DNA from: an uncultured virus (IMG/VR IMGVR_UViG_3300042392_001468)
Lineage: Duplodnaviria; Heunggongvirae; Uroviricota; Caudoviricetes
Virus record (IMG/VR): IMGVR_UViG_3300042392_001468
Strand: one strand, 5' to 3'
Length of the DNA stretch: 20,000 bases
The notes beneath the pieces were generated by a model. It searched no databases. It was not told the origin of the DNA and saw only the letters and a list, made by a program, of their open reading frames with translations. Each line of letters begins with the position of its first letter. Within the stretch, counting starts at the first letter, position 1. Shown piece after piece: positions 8,001 through 15,754 of this stretch. The position numbers were made by a program, and so were the translations under genes.

Positions 8001-11000
8001 AAACTTGCCCAACTGCTCGAGCGCAACGGTTTCTTTGACCATTCGCCACCCTGGGTATTCACGCTCTACCTTGAGCGCGGCGTTTATGTCCTTTTGGGCA
8101 GTTTTGGCGTTGCTGTATTCGCGGGCTATTCCGAGACTTGTACCTGCCAAATGTGCTTGCCCGCGAGCAACTGATGTGTCGGGGTTCTTGCGGTTTGCTG
8201 CCGCCTCGCGGTAGGCGCGGATCAACCTTCTGGGGTTCGGGTTGTCGGAAACTTGTACGAGTAGTTCTGCTATCGGCTGAGCAAGTGCCCATGAGGGAGA
8301 AGTTCCAAGTACCACGCGGGAAGTAAAGCGGTTGAGTTCATAAAACGCCTTCATTAGGCCCGTAGGCATATCCTTCATGTGGGCTTCAATCTTGAGCGGC
8401 CCTTCATCTACGAGGACATACATATCGCCTTCGCCCTCTGTGGCTAGGCGGTCGGTCAGAATATCCTCGTCGCTGCGGTACTTCTTCGCATCATCGGATG
8501 AAATCTCCCGAATCCCGTCCGTCACCTTGCCGTCATTGGAATCTACGGCCCGGCTAATCGGTCCAAGGTTTGCCGGGTCGGTGAGCATCCGTTGGTTGAG
8601 TAGCACTTTGCCGGTCGGGTCTATTTCACCGTTCTTGACGCGCCGATAGAATCCCGCCTTAGAGTCAACAATGACCTTGCCCTTGTCCTTGCCTGTAGTG
8701 TGACGAGCGACGGCCTGTGACATTAGCCATTGGGTCTTGCGGGTGTTTGCCAAAGCGTCGTTTGCTTTCCTAACGGTGTCGAGGAACGCTTTTTGGGAGC
8801 GGTCTACTGTGCCTGACCGGGAAAGGCTGCCGGTCTTGACCTTGGGGGCGGGGCTACCAAATACTGAATTGAAGCCCGGGTTCCCAGAAGGTATGCCCGG
8901 GTCTACCGCTTCGTTGCCGGTAATGAAGAATCCCGAACTCATAATGTTGGCTTCGCTGGCTTCGCGGTTGAACTCGTCAAACACTACCTCGTACTGCTTG
9001 CGGTATTCCCGCAACCTGGCTTCCTTTTTGGCACCTTCGGCCATTTGGATAGTTGCCCGGATTTCGGCAGTACGGAGTGCGGCGGCGTTGTCCATGACTG
9101 CCAGTTTCCGCTCTTGCGTTATGGCAGCGATTTCTTCCATTACTAGCCGCTTCTGTTCGCCGTCTGGCAAACTGTCCCGTTCTTCTTGGAGCCGTTTCAG
9201 TTTGTTGTCGTATGCGGCTACCTTTGTAGCGGCGCTCTGTCCGGCCTTGACACCCTTGCCTCGCTCTTGACTAAGCCGCTGTTGGGCATTGAGGATTGCC
9301 AAGGTGTCCGGCTTGGCGGTTTCTTGAAGCGCCTTGATTTCGGCCTCTAGCGCGTCAATCTTTGCGTAGTCGGGGCCGGTGCCTAGTTTCTCGTCGGCGC
9401 GACGGACTGCCGCCTTGCGCTCGGCGGGGGTCAGTCGGAAAGCAATCTCATCTTGGAACGCCTGGGTGTTTTCGATGGCTGCGGCTACCCGCTTGGCGGC
9501 GGCTTCCTTGCGACCCTTGAGTTCTTGAACATGCGCTCGAAGGGGTTCAAGTCTGGGATCGGGCTTCACATACAGATCCTTGATCCGCTTTTCGTGTGCC
9601 CTGATCTTCTTCTTTTCCTCGCCAAAGGCTCGTTTGGCCTTGTCACGCTCGTTGCGCTGTACCGTCTTTTCTTTTTCGATTTCCTCAAGCCGGGCCTTGA
9701 TTTCTTCCTGCCTCTTAGCGCCCGGCTTCTGACGGGCTGCCTTCTTATCGGACTGCTCCAAACTGTCGAGTGCCCTGCGGCTCCTGCTGATTTTCAGTAA
9801 GTTCTCGTTCAACCGATCCAGCGTGACCAAATCATTGCTTGCCCTAGCCGCTGCCGCCTGCTCCATGAGGTCGGTTTGCTGCGCGTCGAGTTCGGCCCGT
9901 TTTGCGGCGGTGTCGGTTACGCCTGCGGATTCCCCGGTGTTCCCGTCCCGTTCATCCCGTAATGCTCTGGCTTCGGTGTCGAGTTCTCCAATACGGTTTA
10001 TAGCTTTGTATTGGTTATTAGCAAATGCTTGTTGCCGACCTTCGGCGTTCACCTTGTCTATCTCTGCCTTGATAGCCCGCCCTTCGCTTTGAAGCCGTAC
10101 CCGTTCGCGGGCATCCCTGGTATCAAGTTTTGCTTGCTTGATCTTGAGTTGCTTTTCAGCCTTTGCTAATGCTGCCCGGCGATTGGCTACGGTGCCCTTT
10201 AGACCCGTCAGCACTTGATCGTCAGCGGCGGCAAGTTCCTTTGTACCAATGGCTTCTGGGCGAATCGGGTCTGCTTGATCCGTCAGTTGCGCGTAGGTAA
10301 TGTTGGCTTCCAGTTGATCGGCCCGGCGTTGCTCGGCTATAACTTTTGCGGCTTCCTCCGGGGTCTTGGCCTGTAGCCGTATCGTGTCCTCCCAAGCATC
10401 CTGCGCTACTTTGCTTGCCTGCCTTGCTTTAGCCCACGCCTGAGCAAATGCGTTGGTAAGTCCCGCGTTCGTGCCGTCGAACAGTTCCGGCGTGTTCAGA
10501 ATCGCGTTGGCAACTCTAGCGTCTGCGCTACCGGGTTCTACCTTGCGGCTTACTGCGGCTACTTCGGCAAGTAGGTTAGGCCCGGGCTGTAGTTTCTTGT
10601 GGGCAATCCAGCCGATCTTGTCACCGATGCCTACGGGGGCAATCGTTTCTGCTACTACCTTGGCCTGATCCGGTGTCATACCCTTAGTAGCAGCGGTTAC
10701 TTCTGCTTGGTACAACTCCTTGTCTTTCTTGTAGACAGCCCGGATGCCCGGCTGCCGGTTCAACTTCTCAACACCCTCGCGCCATTCCCTTGTGACCTTG
10801 CCGAGTATCCAATTACTTTCACCCTCTGCCCGACCAAACACGCGGGAGGCGTACCAGTCAAGTTTTTTCTTGTTCCAGTTGCGCTCAAGGGTGGGCAGAC
10901 CGACTGCGCCGCCTAGTGCGGAATCCGTAGCCGTGCGACCGGCGAACCGAACAGACTTGCCTACAGCGGGTCGGAGTATGTAGGCCGCGCCCATTGCGTT

Positions 11001-12737
11001 GAGCAGTCCGTAATCATTTTTTGTTGCTTCGGCAATCTTGTCTACATCGCCAGAGGTATACACATCTATCATGCGCTTTGTCTCGAAGATCATTTCTTCT
11101 CCGAGGCGCTTTACGGGAGCGGTAATGTAATCCCCGCCTGTTTGGTATTTCGGAGTGTCAGGGTCTAGTGCGCTGAAAGCCCGGGAGCCGGTCATTCCCA
11201 CATTGGCGGCTAAGGTGAAGGGGAAGGTAGCGCCTGAGATTAGACCTCGAGCAGAGGTTTCAAGCGTCGTGCCGGGATCATCTATGAAGCCCTTAGCGGT
11301 GCCTTCTATAAAGTCCTTGGTGTAGCCGGGGCCGACATAGGACTCCGTGATTGCCGCACCACCCGTTACCGCCCCTGCGCTAATGCGGGCCTTCTGATAG
11401 CGCGGTGACTTGGTGAACTTCTGTAATGCCTGTAGCGCCTTGTAACTTCTGGGTGCGTTAGCAGCAGCAACGGCGGCTGCTTCTGCGGTTTGGGCTGTTG
11501 CTACCGCTGCCCGGGATTTCGCCACAGCGCCAGGAAGGGTTACTAACGCTCGCCCTGCCCTAAAGGTTGGCAGTACGCTCATAAGGTCTATGGTGTCGCC
11601 TACATCTTGGTTGTCTTGCGATTGGATTGCCACGGCAACTTCGCCTAGAGAGTCAGCATTAGCAACAGCCTCAATCTTTTCCTTGACGGGATCTACCGCG
11701 CCACGATAAGCGCCCTTCGCCATCCCCACAATTGCTTTGTCAATACCTTGGGCTTCGGCATCCCGCATTGCTTGTTCCTCGCGGGCATCTATCGTGCCGT
11801 ACTCACGAACCGTGTTGAGAGCAATCTTGCGGGTCTTTGCGTCGGTTTGTTCCGCCTTCTTGATTAGGGCTTGCGCCCTGTTTTCTGCGGCCCGGGCGTT
11901 GCTCAATACCTTGTTGTACCGATCAACCGACTTCCCGGGCTTTATGAACTTGCCATTGGGGGTGAGAAAAGAATCAAGTTTTTTGATTCGCCTGTCTCGT
12001 TTCTCAATCCAATTGTTTGCCTGCTTGTGAATCTTTTCAATGTCTGGCAAACCGCCGTAGGGATTCTCCCTGGCAATAGGCATTTCGCCTTCTGCCGCTT
12101 CTTTATAAGTCCCTTTGGAGAACTCGCCTACCAATAGGGCGGCGTTTCTAGGCTTGTTGAGATTGGTGCGAACCCTTCTTGCCGCGTCTGCGCCCTCTTG
12201 TTTGATCGTTTTTTCTACAATGCTGTCAATGAGGGGCTGCGCCTGCTCAACTACCCGATCCCGAGTTTGCTTGCGAAGCTCTGACCGGACGGTGCCGGAC
12301 TTCTTCATGCCTTTTTTTAGTTGCCCGATTTCTTTGCCAACATCAATGTCTGGGAAAGAACTGGCTACGGAGATATTGCGAATTCTGCTTTGCGTTGTAG
12401 CAGCCGGTGATTTGCCTGACCTCTTGCGAAGGGCATTTAGCCTTTGCTGTGGAGTCGGAGCGGGCGGGCCGACGAAACTGCTAGACCCGCTGCTTGAACT
12501 ACTACTTGAACTTCCGCTGGAACTTCCGCTTGGTGAGGGAGGACCGCTAATCGGTGGAACATAACCGGGTGCCATCGGAGGATGCCAGCCCGGAGCTTCG
12601 GGTTTTGGCTTCGTGCTGCCATCAACCCAATCTGGCAATCCAAAGGGGTCTTTTTTCTTTTTAGCGTGGCTACGCTCCCAAAAAAGGTCTAGGTCAGCAT
12701 CCTCATTCCGCCACCGCTTGCGGTTTTCTTCAAACAT
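5052..12737 (-). CDS. Giant (2561 aa) internal virion / DNA ejection-like protein with C-terminal peptidoglycan hydrolase domains
   Basis: Uninterrupted ORF with a P/S-rich N-terminus and long coiled coils (about 9000-10200). It contains a 'YGNWTDL...FFYPFVRFSLDW' segment (about 7680-7775), a lysozyme/GH73-like domain (about 5935-6280; LAEQG...HNWLNI...FGSP...SGWDAAGY) and a VanY-like M15B domain (about 5430-5715; SGFRT..EQ, PGTSNHEFGRAAD, EDWH). Confidence 0.75.
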   Translation of the reverse strand: MFEENRKRWRNEDADLDLFWERSHAKKKKDPFGLPDWVDGSTKPKPEAPGWHPPMAPGYVPPISGPPSPSGSSSGSSSSSSSSGSSSFVGPPAPTPQQRLNALRKRSGKSPAATTQSRIRNISVASSFPDIDVGKEIGQLKKGMKKSGTVRSELRKQTRDRVVEQAQPLIDSIVEKTIKQEGADAARRVRTNLNKPRNAALLVGEFSKGTYKEAAEGEMPIARENPYGGLPDIEKIHKQANNWIEKRDRRIKKLDSFLTPNGKFIKPGKSVDRYNKVLSNARAAENRAQALIKKAEQTDAKTRKIALNTVREYGTIDAREEQAMRDAEAQGIDKAIVGMAKGAYRGAVDPVKEKIEAVANADSLGEVAVAIQSQDNQDVGDTIDLMSVLPTFRAGRALVTLPGAVAKSRAAVATAQTAEAAAVAAANAPRSYKALQALQKFTKSPRYQKARISAGAVTGGAAITESYVGPGYTKDFIEGTAKGFIDDPGTTLETSARGLISGATFPFTLAANVGMTGSRAFSALDPDTPKYQTGGDYITAPVKRLGEEMIFETKRMIDVYTSGDVDKIAEATKNDYGLLNAMGAAYILRPAVGKSVRFAGRTATDSALGGAVGLPTLERNWNKKKLDWYASRVFGRAEGESNWILGKVTREWREGVEKLNRQPGIRAVYKKDKELYQAEVTAATKGMTPDQAKVVAETIAPVGIGDKIGWIAHKKLQPGPNLLAEVAAVSRKVEPGSADARVANAILNTPELFDGTNAGLTNAFAQAWAKARQASKVAQDAWEDTIRLQAKTPEEAAKVIAEQRRADQLEANITYAQLTDQADPIRPEAIGTKELAAADDQVLTGLKGTVANRRAALAKAEKQLKIKQAKLDTRDARERVRLQSEGRAIKAEIDKVNAEGRQQAFANNQYKAINRIGELDTEARALRDERDGNTGESAGVTDTAAKRAELDAQQTDLMEQAAAARASNDLVTLDRLNENLLKISRSRRALDSLEQSDKKAARQKPGAKRQEEIKARLEEIEKEKTVQRNERDKAKRAFGEEKKKIRAHEKRIKDLYVKPDPRLEPLRAHVQELKGRKEAAAKRVAAAIENTQAFQDEIAFRLTPAERKAAVRRADEKLGTGPDYAKIDALEAEIKALQETAKPDTLAILNAQQRLSQERGKGVKAGQSAATKVAAYDNKLKRLQEERDSLPDGEQKRLVMEEIAAITQERKLAVMDNAAALRTAEIRATIQMAEGAKKEARLREYRKQYEVVFDEFNREASEANIMSSGFFITGNEAVDPGIPSGNPGFNSVFGSPAPKVKTGSLSRSGTVDRSQKAFLDTVRKANDALANTRKTQWLMSQAVARHTTGKDKGKVIVDSKAGFYRRVKNGEIDPTGKVLLNQRMLTDPANLGPISRAVDSNDGKVTDGIREISSDDAKKYRSDEDILTDRLATEGEGDMYVLVDEGPLKIEAHMKDMPTGLMKAFYELNRFTSRVVLGTSPSWALAQPIAELLVQVSDNPNPRRLIRAYREAAANRKNPDTSVARGQAHLAGTSLGIAREYSNAKTAQKDINAALKVEREYPGWRMVKETVALEQLGKFDRWKGSLIREAGLLAELDRELSTLRRTAKAIQGNYDVIERSSGILMKMNRAEQIKWLNSREGMEAGQLLAKNLDELYGNWTDLKPGYEREIGSVVFFYPFVRFSLDWTLRTFPKRHPVRWQLATMFGQFNAEILERLMNYDPRWMNDWAVAVLYGGPDGDPTMLSPLSRTGIAGNIFMEAGFSKEGDLISNLFKAVVPLTSGAPRIFLSEKDQYGNRLSDPDDDITNPDPGMKTKVGQWIEEFLLLAAPPREILRETGYSPKEIIQGEQDAPELSLDGFDLTKPLSIFSNAPGREPKAGDDPNLTRDRIRRNLFALTPEPVEGKQQEQELDRLYRAREDAQTTARGKYPRVTFRGRKNQSLYDVGRKLAAERRAQEAEGLSGEPRTAEEKRLAKRYIKLSGMNKYGSDRVEKLNRQIVEYAKKVGAPLPNDSTIKQEVVQARYDEQDQVKQQYMQRWGGTEYPGYRQAKKMLAQTGNAGDSLGEGLSNTPRTTQASLSSGGYNYDATQPGYTPKTPITTYRDQPANTPPAERIPAGAGIEPMKNVPRKRQVAFAKKIRAQKVKAFGSGSAKISAPGLSKSQRTFAQVLAKETGLDPKVVGGWVLAEQGYASGDYEARDYHNWLNIGPHMEAPEFGSPATAAKATAAFLRGEKWGAGAGIPGILPNAVGKSPEEQVEVLRGSGWDAAGYQDGIPWQDVTATPINTGNQQQAKERFWQMVERGKRMGVYEVPEDAPTNPQATGDFSQGGKQGTSKTEWFAPDENTLLRFQPPLANALLQLAKASGEPISFNSGFRTRAEQEAAYADYQAGGALAAVPGTSNHEFGRAADVNLTDKQRELLSQFGLGLPVPGEDWHVELVGDAANAYTDGMPQSTPTSPMQQVKAAARAKAAAASGTTGGGTTGGTTSSTTETPGTQSNAINNLQNFRNPDGSILNWGTGTEMDLPSAAVNVSEASQNSESDKVKSVAESLAGLPKYVKPKPKKR

Positions 12738-12762
12738 CTATAGCGCCTAGACCGGCCATAGG

Positions 12763-13803
12763 TTACTTCTTTCCGTAAATCTCTTTGAGTTTCTTGATCG
12801 CTTGTCGGCGCTCTGAGGCAGACCAAGAAATGCCTTCAACCTTGCCAAGTTTGTCAGCGATAATACCCCAATCGGTGACATTTTTATTACCAATCACTTC
12901 GGCGGCGGCATCCTTAATTTGTCTCCACTCGGGCCTTTGGAGTTTGCCGGGGTTATCCCAAAGTTCATAGCCGCCACCTTGATTGCCGTCGCGGTCGTTG
13001 TCAATCTTTTGTTGGTTTTGATCGTTCTCAATAGCGTTCTGCTGCGCTGTGGCAGCAACGGCGGCTCGTTCATTGACAAACGAACGCTCGCCCGCACGAA
13101 GATCCAACAGGTACTTCGTCCTGGTTGCGCCCTTGAGCGCCCTGGTATCAGCAACCTTGCCAGCGGCATCGCGGCGGGCTTCGCCGTAAGCAGAGCGAGT
13201 ATCTGCCATTCTAGATGCCAGCATATTCCGTGCCGAACCGCGATCTTCAAGCCCCCGTTGAGCAACTGATGCCCTTTGGTTTTTTGACTCTTGAATGTTT
13301 CCTTGCCCGATCATGGTGGCTAGGTTGCCCCATGCGGCTCCCGTTTCTGCCTGCCTGCCTTGTTGGGCGGTAGCAGTTTGGGCAAGTGCGTTTTGGCTGG
13401 CTGAATAGCCGGGCTGAATCATTTGATTAGCCAGCGAGTTGATTTGGTCGCCCAACACCGACGATTGAAGGGCTACTTGATCTTCGCTAACGCCCGAGGC
13501 AGTATTGCCAATAGCGCCCGAAAGCTCGGCTGCGCCCGCCCGAGAATCGGCCTCATTCTGCGCCATGATTTTGTCGCCGCCTGCGTAAAGGCCGCTAAGC
13601 TGACTGTCTGTGCGACTGCCAAGATTCCTAAGACCGCGCATATCGCCCTGCTGATCCCGACGCAAACGCGCACCAAGCCGCCTGTAGGCACCTATGGTTG
13701 GGTTGAGTTCAATGTTCGCCAGTTGCCGGGCTGACCGGGCCAGCGCCCTGCCCTTTAGGACTTGGCTAGGATCGTTGAGGGGGTTCTTTTTACCTTTTGC
13801 CAT
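12763..13803 (-). CDS. Q/A-rich helical protein, putative internal virion/ejection protein
   Basis: 346-aa ORF, A/Q/G/R-rich and Cys-free, directly upstream of the giant protein; overlaps the upstream gene by 14 nt. Function inferred from composition and position. Confidence 0.55.
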   Translation of the reverse strand: MAKGKKNPLNDPSQVLKGRALARSARQLANIELNPTIGAYRRLGARLRRDQQGDMRGLRNLGSRTDSQLSGLYAGGDKIMAQNEADSRAGAAELSGAIGNTASGVSEDQVALQSSVLGDQINSLANQMIQPGYSASQNALAQTATAQQGRQAETGAAWGNLATMIGQGNIQESKNQRASVAQRGLEDRGSARNMLASRMADTRSAYGEARRDAAGKVADTRALKGATRTKYLLDLRAGERSFVNERAAVAATAQQNAIENDQNQQKIDNDRDGNQGGGYELWDNPGKLQRPEWRQIKDAAAEVIGNKNVTDWGIIADKLGKVEGISWSASERRQAIKKLKEIYGKK

Positions 13804-14677
13804 CTTGCCTTACTTGCCTTGCGGTCGTGGCTCGCTTTTGCCGAATCTCTTTGATCCGTTTCCTAATTCTAGCGGACTGCTTCTTGTTAGCATCAGGAAG
13901 TTTTTTCCTCAAGTTTTGTATCTGTTTGGTGTAGCCCCGTATTTGCTCCTTGGGGCTGGGCGATCTGTTACCTGTACCAGTAGCCGCTTCCTCTTTGATT
14001 TGGGCTGCCTTGCGATCACTGGCGTTTAGATATTCGGCCCGCTTTTGATCCTTGAATGAAGTTTTGTAGCCCGCGATTTCAATGTCACGGTTTGCCTTGT
14101 CGTTGCCGTAGTCGTAGCCCAGACGGTTGCGGTCAATCATGTAGTCCTGATCGCGTTCGGTTTGTTCGCGCCTATGCGCTCCCGAACGGATGCCTCCGGT
14201 TCCCAGCAATGATTCAGCCAGGTTGCGCCTTGCCCTTGCCCTATCGGTACCCATGCGCTCGCTGTTTTCAGCAAACGCATTGTTGGCAAGTTGTTGATCC
14301 AGCAAAGCACCGGCAATGTTTTGACCCAGCATGTTTGAAAGGGCAGCGGTATTTGCGTAGTAGGTTGAATCTCGAGGATCAATGTACGGCTGGTATGTGG
14401 GTGCTGACTTTGGCGGCGTTGATTTGCCGGGCGTTGGCTTAGGTTGGTTTGGCTGTCCTTGTGGGGATGGGCCAATACCGCCGCTGTTGCCTTTTGGCGT
14501 GTTTGTCTTGGGAACATTACTTGCGCCCGCTGTTCCGGTATTCGCCGTAGTAGTAGGCTTGGTGTATTGATTAGCGTTCGGAGTTGAAGGACCGGACACA
14601 GAGGGAGCAGAAGGGGCTGACGGGGCTTGATTGATAGAGCGTTCAAGCGGTGTGATTGGTTGAATGATGCGACTCAT
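13790..14677 (-). CDS. Putative internal virion/pilot protein with P/T/S-rich disordered N-terminus
   Basis: 295-aa ORF with a low-complexity N-terminal third, then helical 'RARRNLAESLLGTGGIRSGAHRRE' and a basic coiled-coil C-terminus. Function inferred. Confidence 0.55.
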   Translation of the reverse strand: MSRIIQPITPLERSINQAPSAPSAPSVSGPSTPNANQYTKPTTTANTGTAGASNVPKTNTPKGNSGGIGPSPQGQPNQPKPTPGKSTPPKSAPTYQPYIDPRDSTYYANTAALSNMLGQNIAGALLDQQLANNAFAENSERMGTDRARARRNLAESLLGTGGIRSGAHRREQTERDQDYMIDRNRLGYDYGNDKANRDIEIAGYKTSFKDQKRAEYLNASDRKAAQIKEEAATGTGNRSPSPKEQIRGYTKQIQNLRKKLPDANKKQSARIRKRIKEIRQKRATTARQVRQDGKR

Positions 14678-14680
14678 TGT

Positions 14681-15724
14681 TTAGATTCTACCGCCCAGCA
14701 AGGTATCTGCTGCCTCTGAATACCAACCTGGCCCAGACAAAGAAAAAAGGCGCTCAAAATAGTTTTCGTATTGCGGTGCTATTGCGCCATACGAGTAGCG
14801 TTCAACGGCAGAGCGTCGGATTGCGTTGCTGTCAAGTTCGGGTGCCCGGCGCACGGCTTCGCAAAACTCCCCTAGCGTGTGACACCTAAAACCTGTTTCG
14901 TTGTGTATGACAGTTTCGGTGAAAGCTCCCCAATCGGTTGTAATGGCCGGGGTGCCCGCAAGTTGGGCTTCGACTGCTACAAAACCAAACGGTTCAATGT
15001 AGAGCGTGGGCATCATTACGGCAACTGCCTGTGACATTAGCTTGGAGCGTTCTTCCGGGCCTACCTTTCCTACCTGTGTGCCGTAGGTGGGTTTATATGG
15101 CCCGGCTCCAGCAACAATCAACTCCATGCCTAGTTTTTTAGCAGTTTGCTCTGCCACCATGATTCCCTTGCGTTCCTCGAGTCTGCCGATGTAAAGCAGG
15201 TAGTCGCCCTTACCTTTGACCCTGGGGTGTTCGTCCGGGTCGAAGTAGGCCGGGATCACGGCGTGGTAGAAACTGCCGTCTGCGCTGTTGGTACCGCGCT
15301 GTTGTCCATAGGTGGTGTGCTGCCACGCTACGGACTCAAAGATTCGGAACGGTGCGAAGCTCCCACCGTAGCCAATGCCGAACTCTACGGGGTACATGAA
15401 GGGCAATGAGGCCATCAAACTCTCTTGGCATATGCCTCCGATAAGCCCGAGAATATCGCCCGGCTCTGCTCTTTCTGCGATTGCTGCGGCTGCGCTCCGG
15501 TTGTATTCTTCCCAAGCCTCCGGGCTAAAGGCCGGGGGTGCTGTCTCTGGGTAGCAAGCCACATGATCGCCAAGCGAATCGTGCTGCGGATCGCCGTAGA
15601 CATTTACCTCATGGCCCCGTGGCACCATCATGTCAGCGAACTTCCTCACCTTCTGCGTGAAGGCGCAAGTCGAGTTAGCCTTTGTGATTGGCTGCCCCGG
15701 TAGTGCTGGAAGGTGGAATCTCAT
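14681..15724 (-). CDS. Glycosyltransferase family 4 (GT-B fold)
   Basis: 'LLYIGRLEERKG' and 'EPFGFVAVEAQLAGTPAITTDWGAFTETV' (E-x7-E). The N-terminus 'MRFHLPALP...CAFTQKVRKF' resembles actinophage glycosyltransferases. AAAGGA SD. Confidence 0.92.
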   Translation of the reverse strand: MRFHLPALPGQPITKANSTCAFTQKVRKFADMMVPRGHEVNVYGDPQHDSLGDHVACYPETAPPAFSPEAWEEYNRSAAAAIAERAEPGDILGLIGGICQESLMASLPFMYPVEFGIGYGGSFAPFRIFESVAWQHTTYGQQRGTNSADGSFYHAVIPAYFDPDEHPRVKGKGDYLLYIGRLEERKGIMVAEQTAKKLGMELIVAGAGPYKPTYGTQVGKVGPEERSKLMSQAVAVMMPTLYIEPFGFVAVEAQLAGTPAITTDWGAFTETVIHNETGFRCHTLGEFCEAVRRAPELDSNAIRRSAVERYSYGAIAPQYENYFERLFSLSGPGWYSEAADTLLGGRI

Positions 15725-15754
15725 GATTGGATGATCCTTTACGAGGTTCCGAAC

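Noticed and set aside
12480..12535. Short repeats (GAACTTCCGCT x2) near the start of the giant gene
   Set aside because: They simply encode a Ser/Gly low-complexity linker.
5052..12737. Giant ORF as a canonical tape measure protein or virion RNA polymerase
   Set aside because: No tail tube or chaperone frameshift genes upstream, no TMP-type repeats, and no DxDGD or T7-type polymerase motifs noticed. Not fully excluded without a profile search.
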